In this document: piece after piece, positions 36,740 to 64,000 of the stretch
Numbering within the stretch: the stretch's first letter is position 1
Layout: each line of letters opens with the position of its first letter
Assembly: GCA_050575255.1 (NCBI GenBank)
Contig: JBNZDD010013686.1
Span: 372,001-436,000, forward strand
Reading direction: 5' to 3'
Source of the DNA: Harriotta raleighana
Lineage: Eukaryota
Length of the DNA: 64,000 nt
Made by a program: the position numbers and the translations under genes
The notes under the pieces: model-generated
Seen by the model: only the letters and a program-made list of their open reading frames with translations
The model's database searches: none
What the model was told of the DNA's origin: nothing

Positions 36740-36760
<21 letters not shown>
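36661..36760 (+). promoter_or_regulatory. Core promoter of the SUCLA2-like gene with an NRF1-like site
   Basis: GCGCCTGCGCA at 36707-36717 is an NRF1-type motif, typical of nuclear genes for mitochondrial proteins, 23 nt before ATGGCGGCG. Confidence 0.5.
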
Positions 36761-53562
<16,802 letters not shown>

Positions 53563-54411
53563 CAAAAGTCTCCCAACAGTTACAAAACAGCTAATTTATT
53601 TTTCACATATTTGGTTTCTTTATGCAGTTTCTGAATAAAAGAGACGTGTTTTAACAGCTCAGAAATTATTTGAAATGTTTGTTATGAAGCAAAAGTACAC
53701 AGCTGTCTTTACTCGTGACCAGTGTAGACTAGTGTATACTATATATGAGACTATAATAACCGAGTGTGTATCTTTGTTGTAGAATAATAGGAATATTTCA
53801 AAAAGTGCATTTTATAAAGCATATATTAATTCACATTGCCATGAACTCTTCACTTGTTACTAAAATAACTGGATTTTCAAAGAAGCATTGAATTACATAT
53901 TTAGAATAAGAATATAGCCTAATTCTGTCCTCATAATAGCTGAAAATAGATGTGTGTATAATTTAAGGAGAGACAAGAAAATTAGCAATAGGATATTTGA
54001 CTTTGAAAATGTTTTTTTTTTTAAATTCAATTATAAAGCATTTACATTTTATTCAAAAGTATTTTATTCAGAGTAAAAATTAAGTTCATTGACAGGAAAT
54101 GTGAACAGGAGGGCTTCATATTCAAAGAACTCCACAGCCTCCATACAACCTCCTTTGATCTGACTGGTCTTGCCATTCCCTTTGCTAAGAAAACGCTAGT
54201 CTCCATCACTTTCCTCTGCCCAATGTCATTGGGCAAGTCTTCAGTTGCTCGGTCCTTAATCTCTGGAATTCCATCCAAAAGTACCTTCTTCCCCCTTGTC
54301 GCTTTGTGCTTTCCCTTCCCTTCGCAGCTTTCTCTTAATAATCATACATTTGTTATAGTAATCCCATTTACATTGGGTTGTAATCCCAAAGCACTTTACA
54401 GGATATATTGT

Positions 54412-54700
54412 AAAGTTCTGTAACTCAACGGTTAGAACAGTCGCCTTGCAAGCGAGACATCTGGATTGAATTCTATGCAGGGCGAAATCTTGAGCACGTT
54501 TCCTGACTGCACACACCTGCTACTCCTCAGGGGAAAAAAACCAATAATAACTTGGTCATTTCAATCCACAATTGTTTGTGGGTTACTGATATCTGTGTTT
54601 CGCCCACAAGTACAGTCAATTCACTTCATAATATCTGTGAAGTGCTTTGAAACTTTTAGATGATGTGAAAAGCGTTATATCAAATACAAAGATTATTATC
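54412..54700 (+). mobile_element. tRNA/Deu SINE (diverged)
   Basis: Head, core and tail of the recurrent family. Confidence 0.75.
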
Positions 54701-56139
54701 AACAAAGTTAAACTCTCTGGGATGCTAATCTGTATGAAGGGCACTACAGTATATAAATACAAGTTGTTGTAAAGTGCAGTGCCTGTGTGTTTTTTGGGCT
54801 CTTCTGTCTTGGCCATTAGTTTTTGTTAAGTCATGCCCTTTTGAAAACTACCTTTCCATTTCAAGTTCTACCTTAGATTTACAGTCAATGTGCACAGTAA
54901 AATGAGAGCATATGTTCTCCTATCTGGACATATGTATAAGTTTGGGTGTAAATTGTTTGAATTGTGTTCTCATAATTAAGATTGAATGTACTTATAACTA
55001 GTGCCTTCACTAAACAGCTTGATGCAATTCAGAGTGAAATAAGTATTCTTTTTACAAAAACAGAGCAACATAACGTTTTAGTAAATACTGGAGATTTGAG
55101 TACTGCAGTCAAATGTCACAATATAGAGTGAGATGGAACAGATCTTACAGAATGCAAATTCAAAGTTATAGCTTTGAATATTGAAGAAAGTTCTACCAAA
55201 GGACAATTATGTGTTTTTCAGATAGGATAATGCCATCATATGATTGTTTCCATAGAAACTGAATATTAACTGGAGACAAAATTATGTTAAACTAATATCC
55301 AAGAGTATAGCAGAATGAATAACATTAGGAATAGACCTCATGTTTAATATTTACAATATTGCAACAATATAAACATCTTGGTACTTCAGTAACACAGTGG
55401 CATTAGCAGTCACAAAGGCAGGACTGCTGATTTAATTATTTTGAGTATCTAAAACCACTTGTAACCTTGTAAAATGTTCACATTCCATTTTCGTCAGATA
55501 CTGTACTAGGACAGCATTCTACTCTGCTGCATCTAATTTACTGGTGTACTGTACTTAGTATTCAAATGGATCACCATATTATTGCTGATATACACTTTGA
55601 ATCTATTTTAAGTTACATTTTTCCAGTTGCAAACATTGCCTGTACAACAATAACAACATTACATTTATATAGCCCCTTTCACGTCTGGAGGGCATCCCAT
55701 GGGGAAACACTGTAATGTTACTTTTATAGGTATACAGTACTTGGATGTCTGAATTGCATTTGCAGGTACCTCACTTTGACATAATTCAGTTGTACAGTAG
55801 AACAAGGATTAGCATCAATAGGCATCTCAACTTCGTAGACATCAAAATGTACCTAGAGGGGAGCGCAGAGACATTTCTGCACACATTCTACAAAATAAAT
55901 AGATATTCTATGTGATAGGTGGAGGGTAAGAGTGGATGGATTTAATGCATATGATAGAAGTTTCATAAATTAGTTCTTCCCTGGAACCTCCTCTTCCAGC
56001 CCACCTTCTGTCATCCTCTTACCCCTCTACCCTCACTGCTCTCCTGATCCTAACCCACTGCTCGAGTCCCAATCCCTGACTGTCCTGCTTGGGACATTGA
56101 TATGAAAGGTGCTATTACAAATGTATTTTGTTGTTCAAA

Positions 56140-56905
56140 TAAAACGTAAAATACTGCAGATGCTGGAAATCTGAATACAAAAACTAGAAGCTGTTGGGAA
56201 CACTCAGAAGGTCAGAATGGAGGTGTTCGGCAAGTCTGCGTTTGGTCTCCCCAATGTAGAGGAGACCACATGGTGAGCAGTAAATGTATACTTCATTGGT
56301 GATAGTACATGTAAATCATTGTCTCACTTGAAAAATGTGTTTGGGGCCTTGGATAGTGGTCTGGGAGGAGGTGAAAGGGTAGGTAGTGCATCTCCTGTGT
56401 TGGCGTAGGAACTTTTGTTCTGTCCACAAGCACAACCCTGAGCTTCTAGCTTCTTGTCACTTTAACTTCTCCTTCCCATTCTCCATCCATAGTCTCTATG
56501 CTGTTTCAACTGGAGAACCTCATCTAACTGCTAGGGACCTTTCAGCCCTCTGGTCTCAATATTGATTTTTAATAATTTTAGACCATGACAGCCACCTTTC
56601 CCCCTTTTGTTGCAATTTCAATCCCCTCTTATTTTGCATTATTAACACCCCTCTGCTGTTTTGTTCAATACCCCCCATTGTTCTGTACCATTAACACTTC
56701 TTTAACCCATCACCCAGTGTCTTCTACCTCATTTTCTCCTTTGTCTTCCTTACCTTGCCTCTCTGTTAGTCCTTAAGAGCCTCTACCTCCCGACATTCCC
56801 CAGTTTTGACGAAGGATCGTGAACCCGAAATGTTGACTCACTTTCCTTTCTCCATAGATGCTTAACCTGCTCAGTGTTCCCAGCAATTTCTGTTTTTTGT
56901 TTTTT
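56140..56905. mobile_element. Penelope-like retroelement remnant (GIY-YIG) with inverted terminal segments
   Basis: Minus-strand 56220-56400 translates QGPKHIFQVRQ*FTCTITNEVYIYCSPCGLLYIGETKRRLAEHL. Plus-strand 56410-56585 carries the degenerate C-terminal part (LGTFQPSGLNIDF). Ends 56145-56215 and 56860-56900 are inverted copies of the terminal sequence. Confidence 0.8.
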
Positions 56906-58274
56906 GTATTTTGTTGTTGGTTTTATAATAATTGGGCTGTTTTGCACCAGGAATTATCATTTATTTTGATAGCATAGATTGTGGCCTTTTTGGTCACCAT
57001 AATATCAAGAATAATATTCAGAAATACTGATGAGTTTTGAATGCTTTTTTTAAAGAAAAATCAGGTTTCAGTGGTATTACCATTTGCCATCAACAGACAT
57101 CTGAATTCCATGATGGGTTCAATATCATTTTGTTTCATCTGTAACTGTGCCTCTGAAAGTCGCTCTTTAAAGCATGTAATTTACTCTGAAGCAGTTTCCC
57201 AAATAAAGTAATTTAATCCTTGAGAATCTTTGCTTATTTGCTATCTTGTTAAAGGAATTGCCCGTTTGTCCGCAAAAGTTCCTTGCTGGAGGTAGATTGG
57301 GTGAGATTTCACTTACAAAAGTATTACATTTCGAACTTTTCTTGAAAATTCTGGCCATTTGCTTTCATCCAGAATGTCCTTTTTAAATCACAGATGCACT
57401 AGTGGTAACCCACCCTTAGCTACACCCGTATGAAATGATCACCACAAAAATGGTTGGAATAATTGTCGGAATTTTTGTATTTTTATTATTTATTACAAGC
57501 CTGATAGATACTAAGACTCTTGACTATTTCTAAAAAGAAAAATTTGAAAGGTACCCAGGCGCTTCAAATTTGTTTCACAACCAAGACAGACAGCTCATGC
57601 CTTTTCTGTAACTCACTTTTAGTCTGACAAGTTCTCTTGGGAATGTGAATAATTTCAACCCTTCATCTCTCATTATAACAGGTTTTATTTTTCTGTTATT
57701 AATATATTCATGGTGCATTCTCAATGGAAGCTGGGATTTTATCCATAACACGAGTCCACAGTGCTCCGTCAACGTGCTGCTTGCATTCATTGTAGAATGA
57801 TTAGGCCGAATTTGCATTCGAGAGCTAATTCATGTTGTGGTGCAATTTTACTAGAATTCATTGCCTTTTCGTGGCACAGGTGGCATTTCTTTACATGGCA
57901 TGGGAAATAGCGTATTTGTCACATCTAATTTCCACATATGTTCCACCAGCAAAGGTCAGGAACACTGGGAGATTTTTACTGTTTCTAACCTTGGGGCATA
58001 GATCATTTATAGCATTCGACTTAGATAAAGATCATATCAGGAAATGAACAGGGAAATTACCAGGGATTTATTTGCCAAAGCTTATTCCTGGAAATAGCAA
58101 TAGAAAATGAGTCAAAATATTAATTTACGCAGATGAACTATTGGGAGGTTTACTTTCTATTCAAAGGTTGTGATTACTGAGTTTGAATGTTAATAATAAA
58201 GACTAGGTTTCCTCCCACTGTCAGTTTGGCTCAATTTGTTGCATGCCTGGATTGAAAGATTATGGTATCATTAC

Positions 58275-58483
58275 GTGGAGTCCTTGGGCAAGTTTCCTTA
58301 CTCCACGTGCCCGATAATCCTAAATAAATACACAATCTATTGGTAATTTCCATCCACGACTGTAATTGGATGTCGCGTTTCACCCATAAATATAGTCAAT
58401 TCACTTTACAGTGTACAGTATTTTGTGAAGTGCTTTGAGATGTCCAGTAAAGCTCTATATCAAATGCAAGGATTATTATTATT
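58275..58483 (+). mobile_element. tRNA/Deu SINE, internally deleted
   Basis: GTGGAGTCC joins directly to TTGGGCAAGTTTCCTTACTCC, followed by the standard tail. Confidence 0.75.
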
Positions 58484-61400
58484 ACCTGTAAAATGTGTTT
58501 GTTAAACAGGAGACCCTCACATTTAAGATTATATTTGTGCTTACTGTTTTTTCAAAAATGATTTGTATACTGTACTTTTAAAGTATAACCGAATGCTTAT
58601 AATCTGTTTAGTATAGCATCCCTTAGCTATTAGGGCATAGACAAGACTGTGTGTTTTTAATGACTAACTGAGGCCCCTGGGAGGATACATGTGCCAATTA
58701 GTGTTAGCAGACCTAAAGATATATTGGCTTGATCCTGGCTGAGATCACGTTCTGATAACTTTCCCTTGCTCGGTGCTTGGGTCCCAATGTCATCCTCCCA
58801 TCTTGGAATTAAGTAATCAAGCCCTTGAGCACAGTTGTGAAACCAAGGGGGGTTCAGTGGACATTTGATTAGCTTAAGACTAAGAAACTGGAATCTTCCC
58901 AATTAGCTGTCCATAACTCTTTCTTCTTATCAGTTATTTTCTGATGCAAAAAGAGCCTGCTCAAAGATTATTAATGGCCTGCGATGGGTGGGGGCTGTCT
59001 CTGTGACAAGAGGAGGTAGTGTTAGAAACACATAAAGATGTAACTTTGAAATAGTTGAAGTTGTGTAGAGGGTCAGTACACTTCGTAGTGGAATCAATGT
59101 CGATTCTACTATATCTATGGCCTCAGTTTTAAGAATCAGTTAAGGTGTTTGTACTACTTAATAAACCTTGGATTATTACACCACAGTATTGGAATCATCG
59201 GAATCTCTTGTGCATGTGTAATAAGAGATTTAGCAGTGATCATCTGGCTGAGCCTGGCAATATTGAATGCTTAATGCGGGTGACAATTGGTTTAGTGACA
59301 AAAGTAGCATGTAATAAGTATGATGTTCGCCTGGGGAGAAATGAAAATTGATCATGAGTATAATGTGTATAATCGACTGCTGTGAAAAATGCAGCAGTGG
59401 CTTTGTCTCAAATGGTACTTGTACAGATGCAATACAAAATTACGTTTCTGTAGCGCTTTTCACATTGGGAGGAAGTCCCAATTGGGGGCAATTTCCCCTC
59501 ATAGTAAGAGTTGCACATAGCTTCCAGGAATCTGAACTGACTGGCAAAAACAAATTAGCAAGGCATTTGTACATTTGTACCTGCTGTTTCAATTCTTTCT
59601 CTATTTAGAGAACAATTCTTTGTAACCCATGGAGCCAGTTCTTTACACAAAGGATATAGCCGAGGTTGCTAATCATAAGGAACTCCAAGAAATTATACTT
59701 TCATGGTGAAAAATCAACAATCCAACTGTATTCTTTACCAGCATAGGAAGGCAATTCACATCACAGTAGTCAACTGATAATAACATCACACAAAATACTG
59801 AACCACTAAAAACTTAATCATTCCTGCCCTAAGCTGCAGGTTTCCAATTCAGCCATCTAAATGAAATAAAGTACTGTATAAATATATTAAACGTTTAGAG
59901 GAACCCTATTGGTATTAAAGAAGCCTGCACCTCATTTCTAGCGGTGCCATCGCACTTTTGAGTCCTTGCACCGTTGACTTGATTGTTGGTGCAGCCGAAG
60001 CACACATTAACAAATCATATCTTCCCTATGTGCATCTCTCTACCAATACTCAAACTGTTCCCACTGTCCTATTAATGTGAAGACTGCAATATTTAAATCA
60101 TGTTTGGTTACATCCAAGAATGAGAGCAGTTTTCATCAGATGCAATTCTAGCAGGTAAAAGCTCATCCACCAATTTATTCTGTTCAAACGATTATGCTTT
60201 TGCAAAAAGTAGTTAATTAGCTTGTGTTTCAATATCTATCGAAGCCTTAGCGTGAATAAATCTCAAATTATTATTGAAAATGTCTGAATTGCACACCTAC
60301 ACTGCTAACATTCAATGCATGAAGATGCTTATTTGATGTACTGATGATAGCTGACAGGTGAAAATGAATTGGCTTTTAAGATAATGACTTTTCAAGCAGT
60401 ATTCTCTATTGTAGATCTGAAGCTTACTATGACCAATCTGTCTGGCCAATTACACACACGCAATTTAAATCCTGTTCATTAAGGTTTTCATTTCAGTAGT
60501 TGTAGCAATAATTGAAGACGTCACCCTTACTTTTATCATCCCAATTAAAAGTGATTACTTTTCAAGAAGAGATGTATGTGATTTCAAATATAGGATTTTA
60601 TTTTTTTAAACTGTCACGACCAAAATTGCAGCTGCTGGCATTTTCCCTTGCATTTATCTGTATCTCAGTATTACTGCCTCAAACTGATATCCCCACTGTG
60701 ATTCTTGTATTTCTACTAAACTAAATAACTTGTTGACAGCAGCGATTACTTACACCTTCCGTCACGGCGAACTGGAAAGTATTTTGGACACAAAAGCATT
60801 ACTCAAGCCACACCCTACTCTATTATCATTGCATAAATATATGATCTAATGCATGGACTATTATTCGGATTAATCCACCCTGCAGAAGCAGCTGCAATTT
60901 CCTTGGAAATTCTCACAAGTTGTAACATCAAACTTTATTGTTTGTTTCTTTTATTGCATCATAGCATCGTTAAGCAATGCCCTTATTTATTGCGATACAC
61001 CAGTTTTGTATTGTGTATGTGGTAAAAGCACAATGGCCAACTTTGACTTTATCTCACACATGAGAGTTGACGACTGATGAACATACAAAATATGTCAAAG
61101 AATACATCAGTCAACAAGTAGAATGAAGAGAGTAGAGATATCATGAGGTGCAAGTTATATTCAGTTAAATGAATGGAACACAGTTTGTAGGAATTGTGTG
61201 TTTAATATACGTCCTTATATTTTCACTCAAAAGACAAGCATCATGTATTCACATAACAACAACAACAACAAAATTACATTTATACAGCGCGTTTCAAGTC
61301 AGGAGGACGTCCCAAGGAGCTGAATAAGTATTTATACATGACTATTTTGACTGAATATTTGAAAAGCCTGACGAGATAGCCATGTTCTATGAGCAAATGT

Positions 61401-62043
61401 CAGTGCGATTATGCGAGACACATGCTTTCTCCTGAAGATGAGGTGTCTGTCAGTCACGCTGAGATCCTTCATGAATCACATGTGGCTAGTTGCTCTAAAA
61501 TTCAACAATTTTGGCTTAGCATATCTTCTGCAACTGAAGTCTTGGCTATCCTGTGAAATGGATCAAGGTACAGTAAACACATTAACATAGTGGGACACCG
61601 GGAGGAGAGAGAGAGAGAGGTGTGTGTAGCAGTCCTTTAAAAACTGTTGTATCCTTTTTGCATTATTTTAAAAATTATATGGAAAGGCAGGAATTTTACC
61701 CAGATTCAGTGCACAAAGAATCGTGTTCAATGACTATATGTGTATCCTTATCTTTTAAACCATCAATCTTGAACAAATATATATTCATCTCTTTATTTAA
61801 AGCTTTGATAATACTTCTGCTCCAGATATGCTCCATTTAGATTTGTTATTCAAAAGCTCTGAAGATTAAAAATCAAAATGAAAACGCCTTGAGTTTTGAA
61901 CTCAAAACATTTCTATCCTATCCTGCAATCACTTTACATAATGCTTCTTAACATATTTAATTATCAGCACATCAGAAACATCATGTTTGGATTAATAACA
62001 AAGGAAAGGAATTTTGATGACACTGTTATCTGATTTCACTTTT

Positions 62044-62345
62044 ATAATAATAATAATTCTTGCCTTTGACATAGCGCTTTTCATGTCTCATCGACATATC
62101 AAAGCACTTCTCAGAATACTGTATATTGTAAAGTGAATTGACTGTATATTTTGTGGGTGAAATGTGTCAGCCAATTGCACACAGCAGTGTCCCACAAACA
62201 GTAGCGGATTGAAATGACCAACTTTATTATTGTGGTTTTTTTGGATGGATTATGATTAGGTATGAGGAATAAGGAAACTTGCTCATGATTTCGCCCTGAT
62301 CTGCCAGGATTAAACACAGATCTCACACTAACCACGGAGCCACAG
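62044..62345 (-). mobile_element. tRNA/Deu SINE
   Basis: Reverse complement of the recurrent family. Confidence 0.82.
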
Positions 62346-64000
62346 CTACAGTTAAAATAAAAAAAATTATGTTTTAATCTAACTGGATGTGTCTTGTTTT
62401 GAGTATTAATCTCTAGCATTTTAGATTGTGTCCAAGGCAAAATCCTTAAATTAATCACTAAACAGAGATTTATCTGCATCTAAATCTTCTCACAATTATT
62501 CACAAGACAGAATAAGAGGATTTACTGCACTGACATTCTCAAATTATTTAGGATTGTGTAGGCTGCCAAAATATGTCAGGTGTACAGATGTTGTTGGGAG
62601 GTTGACAGTGGAGAGTTGAGGTGGGGTGAGTGGACAGAGAGTATGAATTAAGATGGCTCTGAAATTCTACATTAAGTAAATCTAAACCCGGATGGAATTC
62701 TCCCTTATCTATTCTCCCTCAAAAGTTATTGATTGAGACATGTGTTTTATATCTCTTCCAATTGTAAAAGTATAATTGCACAGTTCATTTACGTAACGTG
62801 TCAAAATAACTATCAATATTTTGTAGGAGAACATGCTGAACCCAATTGAGTTCACCCAGCATCGTGTTTAGTTTATAGTCATTCCGCATGTCGATATCCA
62901 CACATGCATTGTATCTTTTTTATCACTGTTTTATTTTACTCCTCATACTTTAGGTCTTTCAATGTTGACATATCTAACAGAAGGAGGTTTGCAGGATTGG
63001 ATATAAATAACTGCTTGTCCCCTGATTACTGAAGTAAAAAATGCAATTATTTTAGTTTAGTTAGTTTAATGTCCAAAGTTTGCTCATTAGTAACTACTCC
63101 TGCTAAGTGTTCTGAGATAATGGAGAAATTTCTTGTGTATATTGATGATGTACATTCTCATCAGAGTGATACAAAGGTATTTGCTGCAGCAATGCCAAGC
63201 AATTGTTATTGTTATGCTGGGCTTTAAGCATTTAGCTTCTAATCTTCCCAATGTTGAATTTATTGACTCAGCCACAGCTCTTCCAGTAATAATATCCTGG
63301 GACATATAACCTAATTGTAGTAATGTTCTGTATGCCTGCCAAATTAAACAATATTTTGATTCATAAAAATATAGGGGATGGGAAGACTTCAACAAGCATG
63401 ACTATCTTGAAAAGCAAATCACTATTAAACTCATTTAAATTCAGCATTACGCAGAATCCAAATGGATTGAATTTTTCATGTGTCTCACTGAATTCCATTT
63501 AAAGGAACCATGCAGCATCAATTAAAAAAACTAAATTAATGATATTAGGTTACTACCCGAATTTTTTTTTGGAACAGTTAATTTTTTAGTAAGAAATTAC
63601 AGTTAATAGAAAAAAACTTGGCATTTGACATTTGAGAATTATTTACGATGGCTCTTCAGAACCAACCTCGATTTATATGTGATAGATTAATTTTCTTAGC
63701 TGTGAAAAATTCTGATTTTACATATAATATACTATACATCTTAAAACTCGAATCAATGCATAAACCATTTATATAAGGAAGAAATTTGGTCTGGCCACCA
63801 CCAGAATGCTTCTTTCCCAGAATGAATACACTTCAAAGCTCAATACAATAATATTTTGTTCAGCTCTTGAGCCATCTAGTGCTGCGAGCTACTTACCTGA
63901 AGAAGAAATGATGCTCCAATCATCTCCCATTCACCCAATTGATTAAGTCAATTAAGTTCTCAGGACATTCCACTTGTTTAATTCATTAGTCCCTCTCTTA

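Noticed and set aside
57435-57533. 32-aa hydrophobic small ORF (MITTKMVGIIVGIFVFLLFITSLIDTKTLDYF)
   Set aside because: T-rich DNA yields hydrophobic ORFs by chance, and there is no promoter, splice or homology support.
54000-64000. PGK1 3' exons or a single-exon GPCR expected from synteny
   Set aside because: No PGK or seven-transmembrane motifs were found in the ORF track or by manual reading.

Overview
Vertebrate nuclear DNA, most likely from a cartilaginous fish. This is an inference from the Deu-domain tRNA SINEs with L2 tails, the shark-type CR1 and Penelope elements and the compact introns; an elephant shark/holocephalan is plausible. Three complete multi-exon genes lie in tandem on the + strand and were reconstructed exon by exon with consistent splice phases: an FNDC3-family gene (25 coding exons, 5-24711, ~1201 aa, probably FNDC3C by adjacency to TAF9B), an intron-containing TAF9/TAF9B (7 exons, 30404-33706, 253 aa) and a SUCLA2-type succinyl-CoA ligase beta subunit (11 exons, 36740-53562, 451 aa). 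The FNDC3C-TAF9B neighbourhood suggests the third gene is a retained whole-genome-duplication paralogue of SUCLA2 that mammals lack. Notable non-genic items are: a decayed 18S rRNA fragment followed by a CR1-like tail and holding a 27-bp inverted duplication; a composite Deu/L2-tailed retroelement at the 3' ends of two genes; a multi-copy TA-flanked MITE family; a Penelope-like element with a degenerate hammerhead motif; a 35-bp G-rich minisatellite abutting the SUCLA2-like promoter; two GC-AG introns; and N-separated duplications that look like assembly artefacts. No protein-coding gene is supported in 53.6-64 kb. All homology statements come from remembered sequences, not from searches.
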